Below are positions 20,160 to 30,830 of a DNA stretch of 64,000 bases, piece by piece. Each line of letters opens with the position of its first letter. Within the stretch, counting starts at the first letter, position 1. The position numbers and the translations under genes are program-made. The notes beneath the pieces were generated by a model that ran no database searches, had not been told where the DNA came from, and saw nothing but the letters and a program-made list of their open reading frames with translations. The stretch comes from an uncultured Gemmatimonadales bacterium (GTDB taxonomy: Bacteria; Gemmatimonadota; Gemmatimonadetes; Longimicrobiales; Gaopeijiaceae): NCBI GenBank assembly GCA_963823035.1, contig CAWGKG010000018.1:64001-128000 (forward strand), given 5' to 3'.

Positions 20160-21227
20160 GCGCGCCGCGCGCCGGGAACACCGGGGGCGGGCCGGACCGC
20201 GGGCGAGGCCCCCTGGAGACGCCGCTCACGCGCGACGCCGGCATCGAGGTCCCCCTCATCTGCGGGGCCATGTACCCCTGCTCGAACCCCGAGCTGGTCG
20301 CCGCCGTGTCCGAGGCGGGCGGGATCGGCATCGTGCAGCCCGTCTCGCTGACCTACGTCCACGGGTGGGACTTCCGCGAAGGGCTGCGCCACATCGCCGG
20401 CCTCACCACGCCGTCCCGTCGGGATGAACGCCCTCATCGAGTCTTCGTCCCGGGCATACCACGAGCGGATGGTGCGGTGGGTGTCGGAAGCGCTCGAGGA
20501 GGGCGTGCGCTTCTTCGTCACCTCGCTGGGCAAGCCCCGCTGGGTGGTCGACCGGGTCGAGGGAGCGGGTGGGGTGGTCTACCACGACGTCACCGAGCGG
20601 AAGTGGGCGCTCAAGGCCCGCGACTCGGGCGTGCACGGGCTCGTCGCCGTCAACCGGCGCGCCGGGGGCCACGCCGGCCCCCTCGGCATCGACGAGCTGC
20701 TCGACGAGCTGGGCGATCTGGGCCTCCCTGTGGTGTGCGCGGGCGGCGTGGGCGAGCCCGCCGAGTTCGCGCACGCCCTCGGGCTCGGCTACGCCGGCGT
20801 CCAGATGGGCACGCGCTTCATCGCCACGCCGGAGTGCCGCGCCTCCACGCCGTACAAGCAGGCGATCCTCGACGCCGAGGAGGAGGACATCGTCCTCACC
20901 GAGCGCCTCACCGGCGTGCCGGTCGCCGTGATCGCGACGCCGTACGTGCGCCGGATGGGGCTACGCGCCGGCCCGCTCGCCCGCTGGATGCTCCGCGGCC
21001 GGCGCACCAAGCGTTGGATGCGCACGATCTACGCGCTCGCCTCGGCCTGGCGGCTCAAGCGTGCCTCGCTCGACGAGCGCGGAGCGACCGAGTACTGGCA
21101 GGCGGGGCGCTCGGTCGCCGGGATCCACGAGATCCTTCCGGCAGGCGACGTCGTGCGCCGCTGCGCCGAAGCCGCCCTCGAGGCGAACCCCCGATCCCCC
21201 GAACCTCCCCACCCGGAGTCACGATGA
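20156..21227 (+). CDS. Nitronate monooxygenase/FabK-like flavoprotein; +1 frameshift near 20412
   Basis: PLICGAMYPCSNPELVAAVSEAGGIG, then AGGHAG, CAGGVG, GVQMGTRFIATPE, WQAG. Confidence 0.85.
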
Positions 21228-22147
21228 GCCGTCCGTCCTGCCCTGCGCGCCTCGCCGCCCCCCTCCTCACGGTCGCCGCGGCGATCGCCTGCGTCGCGCC
21301 GTCCGCGCGCGCCCAGGAAGGACTCAAGGTCTACATCTCCGCCGACATGGAGGGGGTGGTCGGCACGGTCACCTCGGACCAGCTCGGGCCGGACGGGTTC
21401 GAGTACGAGCGCTTCCGTGAGATCATGACGGCCGAGGTGAACGCGGCCATCGACGCCGCACGCGAGGCCGGCGCGACCACGATCCTGGTGAGCGACTCGC
21501 ACGGAAACGGCGAGAACCTCCTCATGGAGCGGTTGCCCCAGGACATCGAGCTGGTGCGCTCCTGGCCGCGTCCGCTCGGCATGATGGAGGGGATCGACGA
21601 GACGTTCGACGCCGTGATCTTCATCGGCTACCACGCGAGCACGGCGAACCCGCGCGGGGTACGCGCGCACACGATGTCGAGCGCGAACCTGACGGCGCTG
21701 CGCCTGAACGGACGGGACATGCCGGAGGCGGGGGTGAGCGCCGCCATCGCCGGGCACTTCGGCGTCCCGGTGGTCATGCTCTCCGGAGACGACGCGATCG
21801 CCGAAGAGGCGCGCGGGATCCTCGGCGACCTGGAGACGGCGGTCACCAAGCACACGCTCGGCTTCCACTCGGCGCGCACGCTCATGCCGGAGGCGTCCTA
21901 CGCGCTCATCCACGACAAGGTGCGGGCCGCCCTCGGCCGCCTGGGCGACTTCCGTCCCTTCCGCCTCGAAGGGCCCATCTCGCTCGACATCTCCTTCAAG
22001 AACTACATGCCTGCGGAGGTGGCCGCCTACCTCCCCGAGGTGGAACGCGTGGACTCGCACACGATCCGCTACGTCGGCGCGGACATGGTCGCCGTGTCGA
22101 AGTTCATCGAGTTCGTGACCACCTACAGCGTCGATCTGACGCCCTGA
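21224..22147 (+). CDS. M55 family D-aminopeptidase (DppA-like) with signal peptide
   Basis: KVYISADMEGV, VSDSHG, MMEGID, FIGYHA, AHTMS. Confidence 0.9.
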   Translation: MSRPSCPARLAAPLLTVAAAIACVAPSARAQEGLKVYISADMEGVVGTVTSDQLGPDGFEYERFREIMTAEVNAAIDAAREAGATTILVSDSHGNGENLLMERLPQDIELVRSWPRPLGMMEGIDETFDAVIFIGYHASTANPRGVRAHTMSSANLTALRLNGRDMPEAGVSAAIAGHFGVPVVMLSGDDAIAEEARGILGDLETAVTKHTLGFHSARTLMPEASYALIHDKVRAALGRLGDFRPFRLEGPISLDISFKNYMPAEVAAYLPEVERVDSHTIRYVGADMVAVSKFIEFVTTYSVDLTP

Positions 22148-22175
22148 GGGACGCCCGCGGATTCCGACCGGAGCG

Positions 22176-22400
22176 CTACTCCTCGTTCCCCGCGTCACCG
22201 AGCGCCGGATAGCGCCAGGCGACGATCGCGACGACCGGCACGCCGAGCACGAGCGCGACGCGGGCGAGCCGGCCGAAGAGGGCCGGAAGGAGGAGGAGGC
22301 GCTGGATGGCGGGAAGCGCCCAGACCAGGAGCGCGGCCAGAACCAGGTACGACGCGAGCGTGATCGCCACGCGGCGCAGGGCGGCGCGGCGCTCGCTCAT
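22176..22400 (-). CDS. Small two-TM hypothetical protein
   Basis: Hydrophobic 74-aa ORF, ATGA-coupled to the upstream hydrolase. Confidence 0.6.
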   Translation of the reverse strand: MSERRAALRRVAITLASYLVLAALLVWALPAIQRLLLLPALFGRLARVALVLGVPVVAIVAWRYPALGDAGNEE

Positions 22401-23338
22401 CCGCCGCCGAGGCCGGCCAGGAAGGCGGAGACGGCCGAAGCGAGCCCCTGCGGGTCCTCGATGAAGGGGAAATGGCCGCTGTCGAGCGCGACGAAACGGC
22501 CCTGCGGCAAGGCCGCGGCCAGCGCCTGCGCCATGGCCAGGGGCGCAGGTTCGTAGCGACCATGCAGGACCAGCGCCGGCATCCCGAGCTCACCGAGCCA
22601 GCTCCATGCGTCGAAGCCCGCCATCGACGCTCCGAGCAGGCGGGCCACGTCCTGGCCGTTCTTGGCGGTGCGCTCCGAGAGGTCGAGGTGCAGCTCGCTC
22701 ACGCGGTCCGCCGTGCGCATGGTGCTGCGGAACGCGGTCCGGTAGATCCGGCTCATCGTGTCCCGGTCCCGCTCCGCGAAGCCCGTGGAGGCCGTGAGCG
22801 CCGCGAGCGTCGCCGAATCCTCGGGCGTGCGCGCGGCCGCCTGCCGCCGCGCCGTCTCCTCGGCCCACCGGCTGCCCGGCTCGGAGGAGTCGAGGAGGAT
22901 GAGCGCCCGCGTCGCCTCCGGGTGCGCCCGCGCATAGGCCAGCGCCAGGAGACCTCCGAAGGAATGGCCGAGCACGGTGATCCGCTCGTAGCCGAGCACC
23001 TGGCGGAGGTCGTCGATGTCCTGGACGAAAGCGTCCAGGTTGATGGTCTCCGGGCGGAGCGGTACGTCCGAGCGGCCGGTGCCACGCTGGTCGTAGTAGA
23101 CGAGCGCATGGGAGGCCGCCAGCACGTCGAGCCCCGGGCGCAGGTAGCCGTGGTCGAGCCCTGGACCGCCGTGCACCACGACGATGGGGTCTCCCGTGCC
23201 GACGACCTCGTAGAAGAGCCGCCCTTCCGACAGGCTCAGCAACCCCTGACGCGCCTGGGCGCCGGCGGCGCGCGGCCCCGCGGCCGTGAGGGCGGCCACG
23301 CCGAGCACGGCCCACCACCGGGTCGGAGCCGTCCTCAT
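22397..23338 (-). CDS. Alpha/beta hydrolase, proline-iminopeptidase-like, exported
   Basis: VHGGPG, YDQRGTGRS, GHSFGG, SGHFPFIE; signal peptide. Confidence 0.88.
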   Translation of the reverse strand: MRTAPTRWWAVLGVAALTAAGPRAAGAQARQGLLSLSEGRLFYEVVGTGDPIVVVHGGPGLDHGYLRPGLDVLAASHALVYYDQRGTGRSDVPLRPETINLDAFVQDIDDLRQVLGYERITVLGHSFGGLLALAYARAHPEATRALILLDSSEPGSRWAEETARRQAAARTPEDSATLAALTASTGFAERDRDTMSRIYRTAFRSTMRTADRVSELHLDLSERTAKNGQDVARLLGASMAGFDAWSWLGELGMPALVLHGRYEPAPLAMAQALAAALPQGRFVALDSGHFPFIEDPQGLASAVSAFLAGLGGG

Positions 23339-23751
23339 CGCCCGAACTTCCCCGCGATGATCCGCGCAGCGGCCGCCTCGTGGCGGTGGAAGCTCACGAT
23401 CAGCGCGGTGCCGGAGAGGAGCGCGTTGGCCACGGTCATCCCCGAGAACCCGGTCTGCACCGGTGCGCCGGAGAGGAGCGCGTCCGGGAGCGACCAGATC
23501 GGCAGAAGGATCGCGACGAAGAGGAGGAGGAGGTTCACGGTGCTCTCCGTGATGCCCACGAAGGGAGTGACCTCCGGACGGGCGCGACAGAGGATGCCCA
23601 GTGCGAAGACGATCGCGTAGTACGCCAGCCGGTAGGCGGGGTCGCTCAAGCCGGCCACGCGGACCGGCGCGTGGAACACCAGGTCCGCGATCGCGAAGGC
23701 GGGCGTGACCAGGTAGTAGGCGGCAATCAGGTTGACGGAGCGACGGCGCAC
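23335..23751 (-). CDS. Hypothetical membrane protein
   Basis: Four hydrophobic segments; stop overlaps the next start; start codon uncertain. Confidence 0.6.
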   Translation of the reverse strand: MRRRSVNLIAAYYLVTPAFAIADLVFHAPVRVAGLSDPAYRLAYYAIVFALGILCRARPEVTPFVGITESTVNLLLLFVAILLPIWSLPDALLSGAPVQTGFSGMTVANALLSGTALIVSFHRHEAAAARIIAGKFGR

Positions 23752-23826
23752 GGCTGTTCCGGAGCGTGGGGGGCCGCCGGGCACCTGCCCGGCGGCCCCG
23801 AACCTCTCATCTCGAGCCCCTGAATG

Positions 23827-26800
23827 CTACGTCGCGTCCGGGCGTGGTGACAAACCGCCCGGCAGGATCGGACGGCCTTCCCGTGTCCGCCGCACACCCA
23901 CGGGCTCGGGCGTGGGCGTCGGCGACGGCCGGTACCCGCCCTGGGCGTCGGCCTCCTCGTCGTCCGTCGGCGCACCCTGCCCCGGCTCACCCCCGCCGCG
24001 CGCGAAGTGCTTCGTGAAGAAGTGGGTGAAGTCGTCGACCAGCGAGTACATGACCGGCACCAGCACGAGCGTCAGGAACGTCGCGAACAGGATGCCGACG
24101 ATCACCGCAACCGCCATCGGACCCCACCACGCGGCCTGCTCGCCACCCCAGAAGATGTCGGGGTTGAGCGAGCGGTACAGGCCGAAGAAGTCGAAGTTGA
24201 GCCCCACGGCGAGCGGCACCAACCCGAGCGCGGTCGTCGTGGCCGTCAGGATCACCGGCCGGAAGCGTGTCTTCCCGCCCTGCACCAGCGCCTCGCGCCG
24301 GTTCATTCCGTCGCGGTCGCGCAGCACGTCGATGTAGTCGATCAGGATGATCGCGTTGTTCACGACGATGCCCGCGAGCGAGATCAGGCCCACGCCCGAC
24401 ATGATGATCCCGAACGGCATCTGGAAGATCATCAGGCCCATGAGCACGCCCACCGTGGACATGATCACCGACGTCATGATGATCAGCGGCTTCACCACGG
24501 AGTTGAACTGGCTGATCAGGATGAAGCAGATCAGCAGCAGCGCCGTGAGGAACGCGCCGCCCAGGAACGCCTGGGCCTCGGCCTGGTCCTCGGACTGCCC
24601 CGTGTAGCGCAGGGTGTAGCCCGGGGGCAGGTGCTGCGAGAAATCGTGCAGCGTGGTCTGGACCTCGGCCAACACGGCGTTGGAGTTCAGCCCGGCCGCC
24701 ACGTCCGAGGTGATGGTGGCCATGCGCGTCTGGTCCTTCCGGCGGATGGAGCCGTAGCCCTCCTCCACCGACCACGTCGCCACCGAGGAGAGCGGCACCT
24801 GGATGCCGCCCTCGGCCATCACGGTCAGGTCGCGCAGCCCCTCGAGGTCCTGACGATCACGCTCCGCGAGCCGGACCACGATGTCGTATTCGTCGTTGCC
24901 GGTGCGGTACTTCGCCGCTTCGACGCCGTTGATCGCGCTGCGGATCGCGCCACCCACCTTCGAGGTGTTGAGGTCGTAGAGCGCGGCCTTCTCGCGGTCG
25001 ACGTGCACGGCCAACTCGGAGCGGGCCTCGTCGAGGTCGCTCTCCAGCCCGACGAGCTTGCGATAGACCGGGGCGTTCCGGAGGATGTTCAGCACCTCGT
25101 CCGACAGCGACTTGAGCTGGTCGGGGTCCTCACCCACGATCTCGACGTTGACCGGCGCGCCCTGAGGCGCGCCCTCGTTGGGCTTGTCCACCGAGATCGT
25201 CGCGCCGGCCAGGTTCCGGCCGATGTCGTCCTGCATCTGGGCGAGCGTCGCGAAGGCGTCCCGCTTCCGGTCCTGGAAGTCCACGAGGCTGATCGTGACG
25301 CGGCCGGCCGCCGGGCCCGTGGGCCCCTGGTCCATGAAGTTGCCGCCGCCGCCGCCGCCGACCGTGGCCACCACGGACTCCCAGTCCTCGCGGCCGTCGA
25401 TCTCCGTGTTGAGCTGCTGCTCGATGCTCCGGACGAGGGTGTCCGTGAACGCCGCCCGGGTGCCGACGGGCGCCTCGACGTTCACCATGAGCTGCTGCGG
25501 AGGCATGTCCTCGGGGAAGAACACGATCCCCGAGTTGAACATGCCGAAAGCGAGGATCGTCACGACGAAGATGCCGGCCGTGCCTGCCAGGATGACGAGG
25601 CGGTGGTCCAGCGCCCAGCGCAGCTGGCCTTCGTAGACGCTCGATGATCGCCGGCAGCGAAGCGCTCCTGGAACCGGCGCGCGGCGCCCGCGAGCACGTA
25701 CTTCTGCAGCGCCCACAGCCCGACCGCCGTCCCCGCCAGCAGCACGGCCGAGAGCGGGTTCATCCCCGCCACCACCAGGAAGGCCAGCCCGGCCGCACCC
25801 ATGAGCGCCCAGCGCGCCGCCGGACGCAGAGGTCGCGGGGGCGTACCGTCGAGCTTCATGAACATCGCGCACAGCGTCGGCACGACGATGAGCGCCACGA
25901 AGAGCGAGCTCGACAGCGTCACGATGAGCGTGAGCGGGAGGTACTTCATGAACTCGCCCGTCTCGCCCGGCCAGAACATCAGCGGCGCGAAGGCCGCCAG
26001 CGTGGTTGCGGTGGACGCGATCACCGGGATCGCCACCTCCCCCGTGGCCTTCTTGGCCGCGAGGGTGCGGTCCCATCCCTCCTCCAGGTAGCGGTAGATG
26101 TTCTCGACCACCACGATCGCGTTGTCGACCAGCATCCCCAGCGCGAGGATGAGGCTGAACAGCACGACCATGTTCATCGACACGCCCTGCAGCTTCAGGA
26201 TGATGAAGCTCAAGAGCATGGACGCCGGAATCGAGATCCCGACGAACATCGAGTTCGACACGCCGAGGAAGAAGAGCAGCACGCCGACGATCAGGATGAG
26301 CCCGGAGAGGATGTTGTTCTCGAGGCTCGACACCATCTTCTCGATCTGGTCGGACATGTCGCCCGTGACGCTCACCTGCGTCGTGGGCGGGAAGAGCGGA
26401 CGCATCTCGTCGATGGCCGCGCGCACCGCGTTGGCCGTCTCGATGATGTTCTCCCCCGACCGCTTCACGATCTCGAGCGTGACGACCTCGGCTGCCGTTC
26501 ATGCGCGCGTAGCTGTCGCGCTCGGCGAAGCCGAAGTCCACGTTCGCCACGTCCCGCACGTAGATCGGTCGCCCACCCTCGATCTTGACGACCAGGTCCT
26601 CGATGAGCGTCGGGTCCTCGAACTCCCCGTCGACGCGCACCAGGTATTTGCTGTCGCCTACGTCGATCGAGCCGCCCGGGATGTTCACGTTCTCGTTGCG
26701 CACGGCGTCGACGACGTCCTGCATCCCGAGGCCGTAGAACTTCAACTTGGCCAGGTCGACGTCGACCTTCACCTCGCGCTCGAGGCCACCGCGCACGTCG

Positions 26801-27399
26801 GCGCGCAGCACCGACGGGATCTGCTCGAAGCGGTCCTGGAGATCCTCCGCCAGGTCCTTGAGGCGCACGAGGCCGTACTCCCCCGAGAGGTTCACCGACA
26901 TGATCGGGATCTCGGAGAAGTTGAACTCCGCGATGGACGGCTCCTCCGCGTCCTCGGGCAGATCCGGCTTCGCCAGATCGACCTTCTCGCGGACCTTCTG
27001 CAGCGCGTCCTCGAGGTCCACGGTCGTCTTGAACTGGGCCAGGATGCTCGAGTAGCCCTCCACCGAGGTGGAGGTGAGCTCGTCGAGCTCCGAGATCGTG
27101 GACAGCTCGTCCTCGATCTGGCGCGTGATGAGGGTCTCCACGTCCTTCGGCGACACGCCCGGATACATGGTGTTCACCGCGATCATCGGGATCGCGATCT
27201 CCGGGAACGACTCCTTCGGCGTCGACTGGTACGAGAGCGCGCCCATCACGACGATGATCGCCAGCAGCACCATCACGCTCGTGCGGTGCTCCACGGCGAA
27301 GCTCGTCGCGCGGAACTCCTTGAAGCGCTCCAGGAAGCGGGGCGCCCGTCCCTCCTCGCTCGGGTCGCCCTTCGACGGGCGTCCGTTGTGCTCGCTCAT
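23827..27399 (-). CDS. RND efflux permease (AcrB family); 3 apparent +1 frameshifts (~26492, ~25657, ~25637)
   Basis: PKESFPEI, TSTSVEG, GMLVDNAIVVVENIYR (ORF 25560..26468), GIVVNNAIILID, RFRPVILT. Confidence 0.92.
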   Translation of the reverse strand: MSEHNGRPSKGDPSEEGRAPRFLERFKEFRATSFAVEHRTSVMVLLAIIVVMGALSYQSTPKESFPEIAIPMIAVNTMYPGVSPKDVETLITRQIEDELSTISELDELTSTSVEGYSSILAQFKTTVDLEDALQKVREKVDLAKPDLPEDAEEPSIAEFNFSEIPIMSVNLSGEYGLVRLKDLAEDLQDRFEQIPSVLRADVRGGLEREVKVDVDLAKLKFYGLGMQDVVDAVRNENVNIPGGSIDVGDSKYLVRVDGEFEDPTLIEDLVVKIEGGRPIYVRDVANVDFGFAERDSYARMNGSRGRHARDREAVGGEHHRDGQRGARGHRRDASALPAHDAGERHGRHVRPDREDGVEPREQHPLRAHPDRRRAALLPRRVELDVRRDLDSGVHALELHHPEAAGRVDEHGRAVQPHPRAGDAGRQRDRGGREHLPLPGGGMGPHPRGQEGHGGGGDPGDRVHRNHAGGLRAADVLAGRDGRVHEVPPAHAHRDAVELALRGAHRRADAVRDVHEARRYAPATSASGGALGAHGCGRAGLPGGGGDEPALGRAAGGDGGRAVGAAEVRARGRRAPVPGALRCRRSSSVYEGQLRWALDHRLVILAGTAGIFVVTILAFGMFNSGIVFFPEDMPPQQLMVNVEAPVGTRAAFTDTLVRSIEQQLNTEIDGREDWESVVATVGGGGGGNFMDQGPTGPAAGRVTISLVDFQDRKRDAFATLAQMQDDIGRNLAGATISVDKPNEGAPQGAPVNVEIVGEDPDQLKSLSDEVLNILRNAPVYRKLVGLESDLDEARSELAVHVDREKAALYDLNTSKVGGAIRSAINGVEAAKYRTGNDEYDIVVRLAERDRQDLEGLRDLTVMAEGGIQVPLSSVATWSVEEGYGSIRRKDQTRMATITSDVAAGLNSNAVLAEVQTTLHDFSQHLPPGYTLRYTGQSEDQAEAQAFLGGAFLTALLLICFILISQFNSVVKPLIIMTSVIMSTVGVLMGLMIFQMPFGIIMSGVGLISLAGIVVNNAIILIDYIDVLRDRDGMNRREALVQGGKTRFRPVILTATTTALGLVPLAVGLNFDFFGLYRSLNPDIFWGGEQAAWWGPMAVAVIVGILFATFLTLVLVPVMYSLVDDFTHFFTKHFARGGGEPGQGAPTDDEEADAQGGYRPSPTPTPEPVGVRRTREGRPILPGGLSPRPDAT

Positions 27400-27421
27400 C
27401 TTCCTCTCCCCTCGCCCGGGC

Positions 27422-28519
27422 TCACCGATTTCCCACCACGTTGACGCGATCCCCGTCGGCCACCGACTTCTGACCGACCACGATCAGCATGTCGCCGGCC
27501 TGCACGCCGGACTCCACCACCGCCATGTTGCGCTGGCTCGGTCCCAGCGTCACCGGCCGTACCTCCGCGACCGTGCCCTGTCCCCGGTTCGCGACCACGA
27601 AGACGACATAGCCGTTCTCGACCCGCACGAGCGCGTCCTGCGGAACCACCACCGCGTCCTTCAGGTCGCGGCGGGCCACCGAGACGTTCGCGACCATCTC
27701 CGGCTTGATGAGCCCCTTCGGGTTCTGCAGCACCACCTCGACGGGGAACGTCCGGTTCTGCGAGTTCACCGTCGAGCCGACGTATCCGATCGGCGCCTTG
27801 AACAGCTCGCCGGGGAAGACGTCGAAGGTGATCCGGGCCACCGCGCCCTTGTGGACGTCCGCCGCGAAGCGCTCGGGCACTCCGGCCGTGACCTTGACCG
27901 GATTCAGGTCCACCACGCGCGCCACCACCATGCCGGGCGAGACCATCGAGCCGACCTCGACCATGCGCTCGTCGAGCACGCCGTCGAACGGCGCACGGAT
28001 GGTCGTGCGCGCCAGTCGGTTCTCCAGCCCCTTCAGGTTCGCCGCGGTCTGCTCGGCGGCGAACTTCGCCTCGAGGTACGCGATCTCGGAGCCTACCTGG
28101 TCCTCCTCGTAGAGCCGCTTGCGACGGTCCCACGTCTGCGAGGCAAGCTCCGCCTGGGCGCGCGCCTGGTCGACCTGGGCCGAGAGGAGCCCGTCGTCGA
28201 TCTTGACGATGGCTTCACCGGCGCGCACGTGGGCGCCCTTGTCCACGAAGATCTCGCGGATCTTGCCGCTCTCCTCCGCCGACACCTGCACGTCCTGGTT
28301 GGCGCGCACGGAGGCGGTCAGCTGGATCTCGTCGACGAACGGGCGTGACTGGATCTCCGTGACCTCCACGTTGATCACACGAACGAACTCGGCCGCGCTC
28401 GTGTCCTCCGCGTCGGCCTCCCTGTTCCCGCATCCCGCGACGGCCCCGGCCAGGGCCAGGACCAGCGCTCCCCGCATCCACCGTGCGTTCATCGTCCTCG
28501 TCTCCACGATCGTCTCCAT
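27422..28519 (-). CDS. RND periplasmic adaptor (lipoprotein)
   Basis: Lipobox VAGC, VSAEESG, TTIRAPFDG, NRTFPVEV, LIKPEM. Confidence 0.92.
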   Translation of the reverse strand: METIVETRTMNARWMRGALVLALAGAVAGCGNREADAEDTSAAEFVRVINVEVTEIQSRPFVDEIQLTASVRANQDVQVSAEESGKIREIFVDKGAHVRAGEAIVKIDDGLLSAQVDQARAQAELASQTWDRRKRLYEEDQVGSEIAYLEAKFAAEQTAANLKGLENRLARTTIRAPFDGVLDERMVEVGSMVSPGMVVARVVDLNPVKVTAGVPERFAADVHKGAVARITFDVFPGELFKAPIGYVGSTVNSQNRTFPVEVVLQNPKGLIKPEMVANVSVARRDLKDAVVVPQDALVRVENGYVVFVVANRGQGTVAEVRPVTLGPSQRNMAVVESGVQAGDMLIVVGQKSVADGDRVNVVGNR

Positions 28520-28525
28520 CGTCTA

Positions 28526-30037
28526 TCAGAAGCCTTCGGCCGCGTCGCGCGCGCCGGTGTCCACCATCGGCACCTGCCCGGTCGCTTCGTCGAGCCGGGC
28601 CCGCGCGACCAGGTAGTCGTAGACGGCCTGGGCGTAGTTGAACTCGCTCTGGCGCAGCGCGACCTCGGCGTCCGTCAACTCCAACTGGCTCCCCAGGCCC
28701 TCGCGGTACTGCGCGCTCGCGATGTCGAATCCCCTGTGTGCCTGTTGGACGGCCAGCTTCTGACCGCGGGCGCGCAGCAGGGCTTCGTCGGACTGCTCCA
28801 CCAGGTTCTCCACCTGCAGGCGGGCCTGGTCCGTGGCCAGGCGTGTCTGCGTCTCGGCCTGGCGCAGGGCCGCTCGCTTCTGGTCGATACGCGCGTCACG
28901 TCGGAAGCCCGTGAAGATCGGCACGCTGACGCGAACACCCACGTTTCGTCCGTAGGCCCGCTGTCCGTCGCCGCGGCCGAAGAAGTTCGGGCTGCCGTTG
29001 TCCTGCGCGTTGATGACGTAGTTGCCGAAGAAGGTGACGCGGGGCAGGTACTCCACCTGCTCCAGCCGCATCTCCGTCTTGCGCAGCGACTCCGTCAGCT
29101 GCAGTTGGCGCAGATCCGAACGCAGATCCTGGGCCATCTGGACGGCCCGGTCGACCTCCGAGGTCTGCGCGCCGGCGAATCCCGTGAACGCGAGGACTTC
29201 GCGGTTCGCCGGGTCGTTGGCGGAGAGATCGTCCAGGTTCATGTCCGCCAGCGACCCCTCGACCGCCAACGCGCCGTCCGTGGGGAGGTCCAGCTCCACC
29301 ACGAGCTGTCGGCGTGCCGAGTGTACGGCGTTCTCCGCGCGCCTGAGGTTGGGCTCGAGGTTGGCCAGCTCCACCTCCAGGCGCAGCACGTCGTAGTCGG
29401 AGTTGAGGCCCGCCTCGTTGAGCGCCTTGGTCTCCTTGAGCGACTCCCGCACGCGACGCACCGAGTTCTCCGTCAGCCGGAGCTGCTCCTGCTGCAGGAG
29501 GAGCTGGTAGTACGCGAGGCGGACGCGCGTGACCACGCCCTGCGTCACGCCGCGCACCATCTCCTCCTGGAGGCTCTCGTAGCGGCCGGCCGCGCCGACG
29601 CCGATGAACGCCGCCGCCGAGAAGAGCGGCTGCTCCAGCGCGACGGTCGAGTTCCACTGGTTGTCCGCGCCGAACTGCACGCCGATGTACTCGTCCGGCC
29701 CCGCGGTCGGGTCGATGAATGCCTTCGGCAGAAACGTCAGCGTGGGCGACACGTTGCGCGTGTAGCTCGCGTTGAAGTCCAGCGACGGGTAGACGTTGCT
29801 CCACGCCTCGGAGACGCGCTCGTTCGCCTCGTCGAGCGCGAGCCGCGCCACCTGGACGTCGCGGTTCTGCTCGATGGCGGTGCGCACCGCCTGCCGCAGC
29901 GAGAGCGTGGTGGTCTCCTGGCCGTGCAGCGCCTCGACCGTCGCGACGGTCAGCGCCAGGAGCACCGCTCCCGCCACCGCCGCCGCCCTCTTCCATGATC
30001 CCAGTCCCCACAGGTCCCGGGGTTCGTTGTTCGTCAT
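28526..30037 (-). CDS. TolC-family outer membrane protein
   Basis: LSLRQAVRTAIEQN, YDVLRLEVELAN, QYREGLGSQLELTDAE. Confidence 0.9.
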   Translation of the reverse strand: MTNNEPRDLWGLGSWKRAAAVAGAVLLALTVATVEALHGQETTTLSLRQAVRTAIEQNRDVQVARLALDEANERVSEAWSNVYPSLDFNASYTRNVSPTLTFLPKAFIDPTAGPDEYIGVQFGADNQWNSTVALEQPLFSAAAFIGVGAAGRYESLQEEMVRGVTQGVVTRVRLAYYQLLLQQEQLRLTENSVRRVRESLKETKALNEAGLNSDYDVLRLEVELANLEPNLRRAENAVHSARRQLVVELDLPTDGALAVEGSLADMNLDDLSANDPANREVLAFTGFAGAQTSEVDRAVQMAQDLRSDLRQLQLTESLRKTEMRLEQVEYLPRVTFFGNYVINAQDNGSPNFFGRGDGQRAYGRNVGVRVSVPIFTGFRRDARIDQKRAALRQAETQTRLATDQARLQVENLVEQSDEALLRARGQKLAVQQAHRGFDIASAQYREGLGSQLELTDAEVALRQSEFNYAQAVYDYLVARARLDEATGQVPMVDTGARDAAEGF

Positions 30038-30060
30038 CCCTTCCTCGTCCCTTCTCCGGA

Positions 30061-30703
30061 CTATCCCTGAACGCCCGCTGGCCGGGCCCACTCGGGTTCC
30101 TCGGCGAGCTCGGCGGCGAACTCCTCGGCTGCGATCCCCATCAGCATCACGACGCTGGAGGCGTGGAACTGCTTGCGGAACGTCTCCTGGTCGATGCGGA
30201 AGTGCCCGTGATGGAAAAGCGAAACCAACCCATGCGCGTGCGCCCACATGGTGAGGGACATCTGGACGGGATCCCCGGCCTTCAGAATCCCCTCGTCCAT
30301 GCATTCGCGGACGCGGTCCACCCAGAACTGATGCAGCGCACACCCCATCGCCTCGATGTCCTCGGGCAGCTCCGCCATGCCCATGTGCTCCGGGGAGATG
30401 AAGAGGAGCTGGTACCAGCGCGGGTGCTGCAGAGCGAAATCCAGGTACCCTTCCCCGGCCCGGCGGAACCGCTCGAGGGCCGTCCTGGCTTCGAGCGCCC
30501 GATAGAGATAGGCGGTGAATTCGTGATGAGCCTCGCGGAGGATGTCCGCGATCGACGTGCTCCTTGTTCTCGTAATGCCGGTACAGGGCCGGCGCCGTGA
30601 CGCCCACCTGCCTGGCGAGCTTCCGCATGGAAAAGCCGTCGAGCCCCTCCGAGAGGTAGAGGTCGCAGGCACAGGCCAGAATCCTATCTCGTTGTTCCGA
30701 CAT
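30061..30703 (-). CDS. TetR/AcrR transcriptional regulator; +1 frameshift near 30554
   Basis: HTH GLDGFSMRKLARQVGVTAPALYRHYENKE; C-terminal WAHAHGLVSL (WHG-type) in the adjacent frame. Confidence 0.9.
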
Positions 30704-30775
30704 GGTGAACACTGTAAACAAGGTTGGAGATCCGGTCAATGGCCACGGGCGTCAAGCGTGTAACGGTGTTTAGCA
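30704..30775 (-). promoter_or_regulatory. Sigma70 promoter (TTGACC-17-TACAGT) giving a leaderless tetR transcript, with two candidate operators
   Basis: Minus strand ttgacc ggatctccaaccttgtt tacagt gttcacc ATG; imperfect dyad gtgaacactgtaaac over the -10 and a similar dyad gtgtaacggtgtttag near 30758-30773. Confidence 0.7.
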
Positions 30776-30830
30776 CCAAAACGTGCTTGCCGGTCTCACC
30801 CTGGGTTACAGGAGAACTGCCGGAAGGGGC

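Noticed and set aside
19553..22147. Apparent 864-aa nitronate monooxygenase-DppA fusion
   Set aside because: Artefact of the frameshift near 20412. The two genes have their own stop/start with an ATGA overlap at 21224-21227.
28526..30739. Apparent TetR-TolC fusion
   Set aside because: Caused by the +1 frameshift near 30554. The TetR C-terminus is in another frame, and TolC has its own RBS and start at 30037.
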